A stretch of DNA of 37,718 bases from an uncultured Oxalobacter sp. (GTDB lineage: Bacteria; Pseudomonadota; Gammaproteobacteria; Burkholderiales; Burkholderiaceae_D): positions 1 to 37,718 of the forward strand of contig CAZHQM010000002.1 in assembly GCA_964534155.1 (NCBI GenBank). Reading direction: 5' to 3'. Position numbers and translations under genes: made by a program. A model generated the notes under the pieces. That model was not told the origin of the DNA. It was given only the letters and a program-made list of their open reading frames with translations, and searched no databases. Below, in pieces: positions 19,743-28,750 of the stretch (its first letter is position 1; the number at the start of each line of letters is the position of its first letter).

Positions 19743-20527
19743 TGACAGCATTTAAACAGTTCAGCCTTGATCTGGCATCTTGTTCTGCGACAGGGGAAAA
19801 ACATTTCCAACCTGTTGCAGAGGGCGTTGCTCCTGAAAAGGACACCATCTACCAGTTGCATGAGTTGGCATATCTGACCCAACAGTTGGGATATGAAGGT
19901 GAGATGACCGGGGTTGAGTTGAAACATTTTGGGGATTTTGGTGTTGGTGCACCTTATCTGTTGGGTGAGCTGAATGTACTTGATGATGAGGTTTATCAAG
20001 CACTCTATGATGGAATGCTCATTGAGACTGACCTGACCCAGACGGTGCCCTTTGCCCAGTTGACGCATTTCAAGACAGATTTCTCACATCAACTGGGGGC
20101 TGCTGTTGATATTGCAGATTTTGAATCGCAGCTTGACCGGTTGATTGAACCGTATGGCAAAGATGTTTTCTATGCGGTGAAGATTCATGGTCAGTTCCCG
20201 ATGATGCTGTGCCGCAGTGTCTATTTCCAGAAAAAGCCATTCAAGTCGATGGAAAGAATCATGGCGGAGGACCAGATCAAGACGACTTGGCATGATGTAT
20301 CGGGTACGCTGATTTCGATTTATGGGCCGGATTTCATGCATCCGGTTTCACCGACTGGCTGGCATTTCCATTTCATCTCTGATGATAAGAAACTGGGCGG
20401 TCATGTCTTGGGTCTGCAGGTAGCATCTGCTACAGCTGAATTTGATCGAGTATCCAGATTTGTACTGATGCTGCCATCTTTTGAGGAAAACAATACCGAG
20501 CTTGAAAAGCCAATCTTGATGAGCTGA
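19742..20527 (+). CDS. Alpha-acetolactate decarboxylase family protein
   Basis: GDFGVG, GE, PFA, FYAVKIHG, GWHFHFISDD...GGHVL zinc site. Confidence 0.85.
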   Translation: MTAFKQFSLDLASCSATGEKHFQPVAEGVAPEKDTIYQLHELAYLTQQLGYEGEMTGVELKHFGDFGVGAPYLLGELNVLDDEVYQALYDGMLIETDLTQTVPFAQLTHFKTDFSHQLGAAVDIADFESQLDRLIEPYGKDVFYAVKIHGQFPMMLCRSVYFQKKPFKSMERIMAEDQIKTTWHDVSGTLISIYGPDFMHPVSPTGWHFHFISDDKKLGGHVLGLQVASATAEFDRVSRFVLMLPSFEENNTELEKPILMS

Positions 20528-20552
20528 TAGGGTAGAGCGAAAAGGAGGAATA

Positions 20553-20897
20553 ATGAAAAAACTGATGTTGGGTGCTTTGTTGGGCGGTATGGCGCTGACC
20601 TGTCATGCAGCAGGTGCGGATTGGCAGTATCTTGGGGGTTATTCCGATGGCAGTCTCAAGATTTATGGTGATGCGAACAGCTTGAATAAACAGAAGCATA
20701 CGGGCATGACCCGTGAAGTCAGCAGTTATGCGAACGGCAAGCGCCTGAATACTGCTTACAAGATGTATCAGGCTGACTGTCAGCATAGCCGGTACCGTGT
20801 GACTGCTTTCAATGGTAAGCCTATTGATGGTGTCTGGAATGATGTGAATCCTGGTAGTACCGGGGATGCGACTTTCCGCTGGTTGTGTGGAAAGTAA
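20553..20897 (+). CDS. Small secreted protein, surface-adhesin E-like
   Basis: AGGAGG RBS, signal peptide, ADW start, ADC...W..V.PGS....LC pattern. Confidence 0.6.
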   Translation: MKKLMLGALLGGMALTCHAAGADWQYLGGYSDGSLKIYGDANSLNKQKHTGMTREVSSYANGKRLNTAYKMYQADCQHSRYRVTAFNGKPIDGVWNDVNPGSTGDATFRWLCGK

Positions 20898-20912
20898 ACG
20901 AATGAAGAAATG

Positions 20913-20941
20913 AAAAAAGCCTGACTGCGATCAGGCTTTTT
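20913..20941. terminator. Bidirectional intrinsic terminator
   Basis: AAAAAAGCCTGA-CTGCGA-TCAGGCTTTTT. Confidence 0.85.
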
Positions 20942-20956
20942 CGTTGATGGGATGGG

Positions 20957-21721
20957 TTATTTCCTGAAGATGTTCCGTTTTGAACAGACCGGGCAGTCAG
21001 GTGTGCGTTCCATCTGCAGTCTGGTCCATTCCATGCTGAGTCCGTCCAGCAGGAGCAGGCTGCCAGTCAGTGGTTTACCGAAACCACCGACAATCTTGAG
21101 GGCTTCTGCTGCTTGGGTGACACCAATCAGGCCGACAATCGGTGCAAAGACACCCACCTGTGCGGCTTTGATGTCGGTGAACTGCATATCCTCAGGATAC
21201 AGGCAGGCATAGCATGGGCAGTTTTCCTGCCGAGGGTCAAAGACGGAAATCTGACCGTCGAATCCGACAGCGGCTCCGGACACCAATGGTTTTCCCAACT
21301 GCATACAGGTGCGGTTGACAACGATGCGGGTGGCAAAGTTGTCGGTGCAGTCCAGAACGACATCCACATCTTTCATCAGGTCTGGCAGGGATTTCTCATC
21401 CATGCGGGTGGTGACTGTCTGGATGTCGATGGTTGGATTGATGCCAGTCAGCGCAGTCTTTGCAGATTTTGCCTTGAGTACACCCACACGGTCAGTGGTG
21501 TGGATGATCTGGCGCTGGAGATTGTGGATTTCAACTTCATCATCATCGACGATGATGATTCTGCCCATACCGCTGGATGCCAGATAAATGAGGGCTGAGG
21601 AGCCCAGACCACCGGCACCGATGACCAGTGCTGATGACCGGGCAATCTTTTCCTGCCCAGCTTCTCCCATCTCCTTCAGCAGGAGATGGCGGGAGTAGCG
21701 GAGTTTCTGCTCTTCATTCAT
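20957..21721 (-). CDS. moeB: MoeB/ThiF/HesA-family adenylyltransferase
   Basis: RYSRH, GAGGLG, NLQRQ, DCTDN, CYAC and CPVC. Confidence 0.88.
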   Translation of the reverse strand: MNEEQKLRYSRHLLLKEMGEAGQEKIARSSALVIGAGGLGSSALIYLASSGMGRIIIVDDDEVEIHNLQRQIIHTTDRVGVLKAKSAKTALTGINPTIDIQTVTTRMDEKSLPDLMKDVDVVLDCTDNFATRIVVNRTCMQLGKPLVSGAAVGFDGQISVFDPRQENCPCYACLYPEDMQFTDIKAAQVGVFAPIVGLIGVTQAAEALKIVGGFGKPLTGSLLLLDGLSMEWTRLQMERTPDCPVCSKRNIFRK

Positions 21722-21739
21722 CGCATCGCTCTTTGTTTA

Positions 21740-23155
21740 TCAGTTCTTTTTTGCAGTCTTTTCTGCCGGTTTTTTCTGGGTCTTGGACAGTTTGACTGGT
21801 TTGCCTTTCAGGTAGTTGAGTGCCTGCATCAGCTGGAAGTCTTTTGTTGTGCCATATTCAACCGGTTTGTAATTCTTGGCCTTTTCAATCAGCTTGCTTT
21901 CTTCTGCGGCGCTGAGTTCCTTGCTCTTTTCTTCGCCATCGTTTGACAGATGCTTGTCGAGATCAGCCTCGCGGATGCGCAGTTCATTGATGCCGTTACC
22001 GTCAGCGGTTTCATCAACAAGCAGGTCAGGGATGATGCCTTTAGCCTGAATGGATTTGCCGCTTGGCGTGTAATAACGTGCGGTGGTCAGTTTCAGGGCG
22101 GTATCTTCAGTCAGCTGACGGATGGTCTGGACAGAACCCTTGCCAAATGTCTGGCTGCCCATGATGATTGCACGTTTGTGATCCTGCAGGGCGCCGGCAA
22201 CGATTTCTGATGCAGAAGCGGAACCGATATTGACGAGGACAACAATAGGTACCTTCTTGATGGCTGCTGGCAGTTTTGCCAGTGGATCCTGAGAGGTACG
22301 GTTCATGTAGTACTCAGGGCGTGCGTAGAATTCAGCCTTGGATTCCGGCAGCTGTCCGTTTGTGGAGACAATGAGGGAATCTGCTGGCAGGAATGCGGAT
22401 GCAACACCGATTGCACCTGGCAGAACGCCGCCTGGGTCATTTCTCAGGTCAAGCACAAGCCCTTTGATGTTTGGATTCTGGGCATAGAGCTTGTTGATGT
22501 GGGTGACCAGATCCTCAACGGTTGGATCCTGGAACTGGGTGATGCGCAGCCAGATATAACCTGGTTCAATCATCTTGGACTTGACGCTTCTGACCTGGAT
22601 CATGTCACGGGTGATGGTGAGCACGATTGGTTTAAGAACGCCCTTTCTGGAGATGGTGAGGGTGATCTTGGTGCCAGGTTCGCCACGCATCTTCTTGACG
22701 GCTTCATTGAGGGTCATGCCTTTGACGGTGACACCATCCAGCTTGGTGACCAGATCACCTGGGCGGATACCGGCTTTATAGGCTGGGGTATCTTCGATTG
22801 GGGAAATGACCTTGACATAGCCGTCTTCCATACCGACTTCCATGCCAAGACCGCCGAATTTACCGCTGGTGCCTTCTTTCAGTTCCTGGAATTCTTTCTT
22901 GTCCAGATAGGCTGAATGTGGGTCAAGGGATGAGACCATGCCTGAGATGGCTTCTTTCAGCAGCTTATGCTCATCAACCTGTTCGACATAGTCTGATTTG
23001 ATCAGGCCAAAGACGTCTGAGAGCTGGCGGAGTTCTTCAACTGGCAGGTTGCCGGCTGGCTGTTTCTGCGCCATGGCGGTGCCGAATGCCCCCAGGATAA
23101 TCCCCAAGCTGAAAATCAGGGCGTTCCGTAATTTGTTACCCATTTTCTGAATCAC
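21740..23155 (-). CDS. ctpA: Carboxy-terminal processing protease (S41, PDZ)
   Basis: LDPHS, GGLG, DLRNDPGG, SASASEI, TFGKGSVQ, TTARYYTP. Confidence 0.93.
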   Translation of the reverse strand: MIQKMGNKLRNALIFSLGIILGAFGTAMAQKQPAGNLPVEELRQLSDVFGLIKSDYVEQVDEHKLLKEAISGMVSSLDPHSAYLDKKEFQELKEGTSGKFGGLGMEVGMEDGYVKVISPIEDTPAYKAGIRPGDLVTKLDGVTVKGMTLNEAVKKMRGEPGTKITLTISRKGVLKPIVLTITRDMIQVRSVKSKMIEPGYIWLRITQFQDPTVEDLVTHINKLYAQNPNIKGLVLDLRNDPGGVLPGAIGVASAFLPADSLIVSTNGQLPESKAEFYARPEYYMNRTSQDPLAKLPAAIKKVPIVVLVNIGSASASEIVAGALQDHKRAIIMGSQTFGKGSVQTIRQLTEDTALKLTTARYYTPSGKSIQAKGIIPDLLVDETADGNGINELRIREADLDKHLSNDGEEKSKELSAAEESKLIEKAKNYKPVEYGTTKDFQLMQALNYLKGKPVKLSKTQKKPAEKTAKKN

Positions 23156-23302
23156 CTATTTAAATATGGATAATGTTGGATATCTTGCTTGTGCAGGGTG
23201 TCAAAGCCCCTGCTGAAAAAAGAAGTATAACCCTGTTTGCAGAAATTTCATGTCAGGAGTGTTGCTGACGACGAATCTGTACAGGGAATCTCCTTGTTTC
23301 TT

Positions 23303-23335
23303 AAAAAAACAGGGCAGACACATAATGCCTGCCCT
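23303..23335 (-). terminator. Intrinsic terminator downstream of gpmA
   Basis: Minus strand AGGGCAGGCA-TTATG-TGTCTGCCCT-GTTTTTTT. Confidence 0.7.
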
Positions 23336-23358
23336 TGCCTTTCTATCTGCGGAAAGTC

Positions 23359-24105
23359 TTAGCGGGCACTGCCCTGAAGAATCACCGCTTTGGTTGCTGC
23401 AGCAATCTTTTCAGGATCGCCGAGGTAGTAATGGCGGATTGGCTTCAGGTCATCATCGAGCTCATAGACCAGTGGCTGACCGGTTGGAATGTTAAGCAGT
23501 GCGATGTCTTTGTCGCTGATGCCATCGAGTTCCTTGATCAGGGCACGCAGGCTGTTACCGTGTGCTGAGATCAGGATGGTCTTGTCTTTTTGCAGTTCAG
23601 GACAGATAACGGTGTCCCAGAATCCTTTGACACGGGCAACGGTGTCTTTCAGGCTTTCGGTCAGCGGAATCTGTTCTCTGCTCAATGCGGCATAGGCAGG
23701 ATTGCTGTAAGAGGTGCGTGGATCGTCTTCTGGAAGTGGGTCTGCAGCTCCTTCGTAGCTCCTGCGCAACAGGTGTACCTGATGTTCACCGAGGAGCTGT
23801 GCAGTCTCTGCTTTGTTCAGCCCCTGCAGGGAACCATAGTGACGTTCGTTCAGGCGCCAGTCGCAGATGGTTGGGGTCCACATGGCGTCCATTTCTTCGA
23901 GTGCAATCCACAGTGTCCGGATGGCTCTCTTGAGGACGGAAGTGTAGGCAATGTCGAACCTGAAGCCTGCTTCGCGCAGGATCTGACCAGCCATGGAGGC
24001 TTCTTTGCGCCCCTGTTCTGTCAGGTCAACATCAGTCCAACCAGTGAAACGGTTCTCAAAATTCCAGACAGATTGACCATGACGCATGAAAACGATTTTG
24101 TGCAT
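23359..24105 (-). CDS. gpmA: 2,3-BPG-dependent phosphoglycerate mutase
   Basis: RHGQS, FTGWTD, LNERHYG, AHGNSLR. Confidence 0.95.
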   Translation of the reverse strand: MHKIVFMRHGQSVWNFENRFTGWTDVDLTEQGRKEASMAGQILREAGFRFDIAYTSVLKRAIRTLWIALEEMDAMWTPTICDWRLNERHYGSLQGLNKAETAQLLGEHQVHLLRRSYEGAADPLPEDDPRTSYSNPAYAALSREQIPLTESLKDTVARVKGFWDTVICPELQKDKTILISAHGNSLRALIKELDGISDKDIALLNIPTGQPLVYELDDDLKPIRHYYLGDPEKIAAATKAVILQGSAR

Positions 24106-24199
24106 AATCGAAATGAAAGTAAGTTATCCCGATGTTCTGAGTCTTTCTATTTTATAATGTATTCAGTTTTTAATCTTTGACTTAAAGCAGGTTATTCCC

Positions 24200-24601
24200 G
24201 TGAATTTCATTCGAGACAACATTTTTCTTATCGGTGTCGTACTTTACTGTATCGGTGCACTGCTCTGGCCATATATCCGTACTACGGCAACCGTCAACAA
24301 TACCGAAGCGACAACCCTGATCAACAAGGGCAAAACCACCATTCTGGATATCCGCACCAAGAAGGAATTCCAGTCAGGTCATCTGCTGAATGCGATTTCT
24401 GTGCCTTTCCTGAGCCTGAAAGACCAGGTGGCGGAGCTTGATGAAAACTTCAAGAAACAGCCGGTTCTGCTGATTGACCATGAAGGCAAGGATTCCAAGG
24501 CGGCTGCAAAAATCCTGAAAGAATGCGGTTTTGGTAAGATCAACGTCCTGAAAGGTGGCATGGTTGCCTGGATGAAGGACAATCTGCCAACCAGTAAATA
24601 A
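24200..24601 (+). CDS. Rhodanese-like membrane-anchored protein (YibN-like)
   Basis: N-terminal TM, LDIR...GHL...LKGGMVAW; precedes grxC-secB-gpsA. Confidence 0.85.
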   Translation: MNFIRDNIFLIGVVLYCIGALLWPYIRTTATVNNTEATTLINKGKTTILDIRTKKEFQSGHLLNAISVPFLSLKDQVAELDENFKKQPVLLIDHEGKDSKAAAKILKECGFGKINVLKGGMVAWMKDNLPTSK

Positions 24602-24611
24602 GAGCGGAACA

Positions 24612-24875
24612 ATGACTGCCAGGGTTGTGATGTACAGTACAGCAACCTGTCCCTACTGCAGGATGGCAGAGCGTCTGCTGGCAGTGCGTGGTGTAGGACA
24701 TATTGAAAAAATACTGATTGATGGCAATGAGGCTTTGCGTGCAGAGATGATGGAGAAAACCCATCGGCGCACGGTTCCTCAGATCTTTATCGGCGATATA
24801 CACGTCGGTGGATTTGATGACTTGGCCGCATTGGATAAGGCAGGTGGACTGGTTCCCCTGCTGCAGTCAGCTTAA
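24612..24875 (+). CDS. grxC: Glutaredoxin 3
   Basis: CPYC, TVPQIFI, GGFDD. Confidence 0.93.
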   Translation: MTARVVMYSTATCPYCRMAERLLAVRGVGHIEKILIDGNEALRAEMMEKTHRRTVPQIFIGDIHVGGFDDLAALDKAGGLVPLLQSA

Positions 24876-24901
24876 GACATTAGATTTATATTGGAGAAAA
24901 C

Positions 24902-25375
24902 ATGACAGAAGAAGCTAAACAGCCTGTATTCCAGATTCAGTCTATCTATCTCAAGGATCTGTCCCTTGAACAGCCAAACTCCCCACAGATTTTCCTGGAA
25001 AAAGAGGCACCAGGTTTCGAGGTTTCCATCAATGTGGGCTACGATGAGCTGGGCAATGACTTCTATGAAGCTTCTGTGACTGCAACTGTGACCGCGAAAA
25101 TCGGTGACAAGATTGCATATCTGGTAGAAGGCAAGGAAGCAGGTATCTTCCAGATCAGCGGTCTGCCTGAAGGTGCGATGGATCCAGTTCTGGGCATCAA
25201 CTGTCCAACCGTGATTTATCCATATCTGCGTGCAAATATCGCTGATGCCATCACCAAGGCTGGTTTCCCTCCTATCCATCTGGCTGAAATCAACTTCGAG
25301 GCATATTTCCGTGATCGTCTCCAACAGGAAACTGCGGCTGCGAACAAGGCAGAAGCTCCTGTTGAAAACGCATAA
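24902..25375 (+). CDS. secB: Protein-export chaperone SecB
   Basis: YLKDLSLEQPNSP, CPTVIYPY, INFEA. Confidence 0.95.
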   Translation: MTEEAKQPVFQIQSIYLKDLSLEQPNSPQIFLEKEAPGFEVSINVGYDELGNDFYEASVTATVTAKIGDKIAYLVEGKEAGIFQISGLPEGAMDPVLGINCPTVIYPYLRANIADAITKAGFPPIHLAEINFEAYFRDRLQQETAAANKAEAPVENA

Positions 25376-25397
25376 GATCTGAATTTAACTGGAAAAG

Positions 25398-26414
25398 ATG
25401 AATATCACAATTCTTGGTGCTGGAGCTTGGGGAACCGCTATGGCAGTCAGCTTGGCTGGCCGTCATCAGGTGCTTCTCTGGGGACGCGAAACAGAACAGG
25501 TTGTCGAGGCAGAAAAAAGCCGTGTGAATACGATGGGACTGCCAGGCGTCAAACTGCCTGACTCCCTGCATCTGACGCCTGAATTTGAGCAGGCTGTCCA
25601 TCATGGCTGTGGTGATGCTGGATTGGTGATTGTGGCAACGGCAGTGGCTGGGCTTCGTCCTGTCCTGACCCAGCTCAAGTCTTATCCAGTGAAAAATATC
25701 ATCTGGCTCTGCAAGGGCTTTGAGCAGAAGACTGGTCTGCTACCAAGTCAGGTGGCAAAGGAAGTGCTGGGTGATGCCAATATCAATACCGGTGTACTGT
25801 CTGGTCCTTCTTTCGCACAGGAAGTGGCGGCAGGGATGCCTTGTGCATTGACCATTGCTTCACCATCTGAGGCGCTTCGTGGCATTGTTGTTGGAGCGAT
25901 GAATGCCGGTACGATGCGTATCTACTGCAGTGATGATGTCATCGGTGTCGAGGTTGGTGGCGCACTGAAGAATATCCTGGCTGTCGCAACCGGTATCGCT
26001 GACGGCCTGTCGATGGGGCTGAATGCCCGTGCGGCACTGGTTACCCGTGGTCTGGCTGAAATCACCCGTATGGGGGTTGCGCTGGGTGGGCGTCTTGAGA
26101 CTTTCCTGGGGCTGACAGGTGCCGGTGACTTGATCCTGACCTGTACAGGCGATCTTTCCCGTAACCGTCGGGTAGGTCTGGGGCTGGCTCAGGGCAAGAC
26201 CTTGGATCAGGTGGTTCAGGAACTGGGGCATGTCGCAGAGGGTGTTAACTGTGCGCATACGGTTCGGGAACTGGCGAAGAAGATGGGTGTCGAGATGCCA
26301 CTGACCAATGCTGTTGCCAGTGTGCTGTTTGATGGCATTACCATCAAGGAGGCAATTGCCCATCTGATGTCCCGCCATGTCCGGGATGAGACTGATGTGC
26401 TGTATCAGCGGTAA
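25398..26414 (+). CDS. gpsA: NAD(P)H glycerol-3-phosphate dehydrogenase
   Basis: GAGAWG, SGPSFA, GGALKN, GDLILTC...SRN. Confidence 0.95.
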   Translation: MNITILGAGAWGTAMAVSLAGRHQVLLWGRETEQVVEAEKSRVNTMGLPGVKLPDSLHLTPEFEQAVHHGCGDAGLVIVATAVAGLRPVLTQLKSYPVKNIIWLCKGFEQKTGLLPSQVAKEVLGDANINTGVLSGPSFAQEVAAGMPCALTIASPSEALRGIVVGAMNAGTMRIYCSDDVIGVEVGGALKNILAVATGIADGLSMGLNARAALVTRGLAEITRMGVALGGRLETFLGLTGAGDLILTCTGDLSRNRRVGLGLAQGKTLDQVVQELGHVAEGVNCAHTVRELAKKMGVEMPLTNAVASVLFDGITIKEAIAHLMSRHVRDETDVLYQR

Positions 26415-26433
26415 GCGCTGACCGAAACCAGAT

Positions 26434-26468
26434 AAAAACCTGATGCCTTGGTGGTGTCAGGTTTTTTT
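26434..26468 (+). terminator. Intrinsic terminator after gpsA
   Basis: AAAAACCTGATGCC-TTGGT-GGTGTCAGGTTTTTTT. Confidence 0.8.
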
Positions 26469-26498
26469 GAATCTACCGCAAGGATAAACAGGGTTGTT

Positions 26499-27167
26499 AT
26501 GGCGAAGAAAGACATTGTGTTCAGCTGTTCTGACTGTGCGGCATTGGGCTGCAAGGACAAGAATGAGAACAGATATCCAAAATTCTGTATGACTGACAAG
26601 CTCAGTGAAGAAGAGATTGCTCAGGTTCGCGATATTTATCTGCAGGATGAGAACAATACAGGTGAGATTTCTGTGCATTCTGCCTGCATTGAAAGTGAGT
26701 TCTACTGCCGGATGACCCGTGTCGAGGAGACCATCGAATTCATCAAACGGATGGGGTACAAGTACATCGGCATCGCAACCTGTGTTGGTCTGACTGCTGA
26801 GGCCCGTATGTTTGTGAAGATTCTGCGGGGTCTTGGTATCAAGAGTTTTACTGTTGGCTGCAAGGTCGGTGCTATCGACAAGAGTGAAGTCGGAGTACCT
26901 GAAGAAAAGAAACTGAACGGTGGTTCTGGTCATGAGTCCATGTGCAACCCGATCATGCAGGCGAAGGTGCTTGAGAAAGAAGGCACAGATTTCAATATTG
27001 TGATTGGGCTCTGTGTCGGGCACGATACGATGTTCCTGAAATATTCCCATGCACCGGTTACGGTGATGATTGTGAAAGACCGTGTACTTGGCCATAACCC
27101 TGTCGCGGCACTCTATGCGGCTGAGACTGGTTACTCACGGTTTAAGGATGCCCTGAAACTGAAATAA
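26499..27167 (+). CDS. DUF1847-family Cys-rich metal-binding protein
   Basis: CSDC, TRVEE, IATCVGL, CKVG, MCNP, GLCVGHD, VKDRVLGHNP; the upstream GTG lies inside the terminator. Confidence 0.85.
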   Translation: MAKKDIVFSCSDCAALGCKDKNENRYPKFCMTDKLSEEEIAQVRDIYLQDENNTGEISVHSACIESEFYCRMTRVEETIEFIKRMGYKYIGIATCVGLTAEARMFVKILRGLGIKSFTVGCKVGAIDKSEVGVPEEKKLNGGSGHESMCNPIMQAKVLEKEGTDFNIVIGLCVGHDTMFLKYSHAPVTVMIVKDRVLGHNPVAALYAAETGYSRFKDALKLK

Positions 27168-27182
27168 GGAATCGAGGTTGTT

Positions 27183-27509
27183 ATGACTCATGTGGTTGGC
27201 GATGCGTGTGTGTTCTGCAAGTTCACGGACTGTGTCGATGTTTGTCCTGTCGATGCTTTCCATGAAGGACCGAATACACTGGTGATTGATCCAGACGAAT
27301 GTATTGACTGTGCGGTCTGTGTGCCTGAATGCCCTGCAGAGGCGATTTTTGTCGAAGAAGATGTGCCTGCGGATCAGCAGGCATACATTGCCATCAATGC
27401 TGAGATGTCCAAGAAATGGCCTGTCATCACCCGTTCGAAGTCACCGATGCCTGATGCTGACAAGTGGAATGGTGTCGAGAACAAGATCATCCATCTCATC
27501 AAAGAATGA
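27183..27509 (+). CDS. fdxA: 7Fe-type ferredoxin
   Basis: [14 protein letters not shown] and [12 protein letters not shown]. Confidence 0.92.
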   Translation: MTHVVGDACVFCKFTDCVDVCPVDAFHEGPNTLVIDPDECIDCAVCVPECPAEAIFVEEDVPADQQAYIAINAEMSKKWPVITRSKSPMPDADKWNGVENKIIHLIKE

Positions 27510-27544
27510 TTGCCAGAATCCTTCTGCTTTCTGGCAAAAAAGAG

Positions 27545-27573
27545 CCCCGTTGAGTTTTCCCAACGGGGTTTTG
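27545..27573. repeat. Left direct repeat (attL-like), also a terminator-like hairpin
   Basis: CCCCGTTGAGTTTTCCCAACGGGGTTTTG, identical to 35584-35612. Confidence 0.92.
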
Positions 27574-27587
27574 AGTTTATGTCGACA

Positions 27588-27797
27588 TTATTTAAGTAGA
27601 TATGGGTAATCTAGGTCCCTTTCTCCATTTTTAGGTCTGATTAAGAGATTGAAAAGATAGTGTTCTCTATCGAATGCCATCAGGCTAGTTCGACAGAAAT
27701 GCAGATGTTGGTGAAGTGTGTGTCGATATGCTCCATTCATGTTAAAAACTGCACCATGACAGCATATGAAGATAAGAGCGATTTGTAATTTTCCCAT
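27588..27797 (-). CDS. Possible small hypothetical protein (69 aa)
   Basis: CAGGAG RBS before ATG 27797; last in the leftward cluster; no recognisable motif. Confidence 0.35.
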   Translation of the reverse strand: MGKLQIALIFICCHGAVFNMNGAYRHTLHQHLHFCRTSLMAFDREHYLFNLLIRPKNGERDLDYPYLLK

Positions 27798-27892
27798 CAA
27801 TAACTCCTGTCTTGGTGGTTTCTTGGGTGTGTTTGAGAAGAGTGTTTGTTCTTGCAGGGAGGTTTCCTCTGTCCGCCTAGTTGGTTAATCAA

Positions 27893-28609
27893 TCAGTCCT
27901 GTACTTCTTCGTCTGAAGAAACCCACTTGCGGATGCTATATGCCACAGCACATGCAGCCCCAATGCCTCCAAGGACGGCCGCAACTGGGGCAAACGGTGA
28001 AACAGTTGCAATACCAAGAATGGCTTTTGCACCTAAACAGAGCTTTGCCCCGAGGGTCAGTTTCGTTGCCAACCCAAGAACAGAGGCGGCTCCACCAAAA
28101 AGAGATGTGGAACCAAACAGACCTGTTCCTGCCGCAATCTTGGAACCGAGGCCACAGAATGCAGAGAGCCCAGCTCCACCGAACAGCCATGCTCCAGCTG
28201 CTTTTCCTGAAACTCCGACACTCAGTGGAACGAGTCCAATTCCAACCTTGGCGATAGCACCAAGCCACCAGCCGATAAAGGCCATCAGCATCGTGACGAT
28301 CAGACCAGCTCCAACAATGGCAATCAGTTTCACCATCTGATAGAAAGCCACTGCCACAAAGATGTTGTAGATGAAATCGGCAACGAAAACGCCAGTGGCG
28401 ACTGAGAAAAATGCATTTGCCACTTTCCCAGCTCTGGTTCGGAGAAACTTCTTCATTTGTCTGATGGTTTCACGTCCATTCGTCCAGATTGCATCCATCA
28501 GCATCTTGATTTCCTTTGCCAGCTTTTTAAGTGCACCGAAGATGGCAGAGAAGATTCTGTCAAGGAGGCCCATGCCTTCGCCTTCACAGGAAATAATTTC
28601 AGTGTTCAT
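27893..28609 (-). CDS. Gly/Ala-rich multi-helix membrane protein of unknown function
   Basis: AAGGAG RBS; amphipathic basic N-terminus followed by ~160 aa of almost uninterrupted hydrophobic/small residues with GxxxG motifs. Confidence 0.75.
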   Translation of the reverse strand: MNTEIISCEGEGMGLLDRIFSAIFGALKKLAKEIKMLMDAIWTNGRETIRQMKKFLRTRAGKVANAFFSVATGVFVADFIYNIFVAVAFYQMVKLIAIVGAGLIVTMLMAFIGWWLGAIAKVGIGLVPLSVGVSGKAAGAWLFGGAGLSAFCGLGSKIAAGTGLFGSTSLFGGAASVLGLATKLTLGAKLCLGAKAILGIATVSPFAPVAAVLGGIGAACAVAYSIRKWVSSDEEVQD

Positions 28610-28750
28610 AATGAACTCCTTACATTAACTTGCCAGCGACATGGTCTTGCACTACCGCTGGCCATCGTTAAAACATCAGTCCGTGCTGGTGACATGAAAA
28701 TCAACCATGACCAGGACTATAATCGGGACAGGATTTGACCATCCTGATGC

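Noticed and set aside
24200-24601. Rhodanese with Asp in place of catalytic Cys
   Set aside because: Known for YibN-like proteins in the grxC-secB-gpsA operon.
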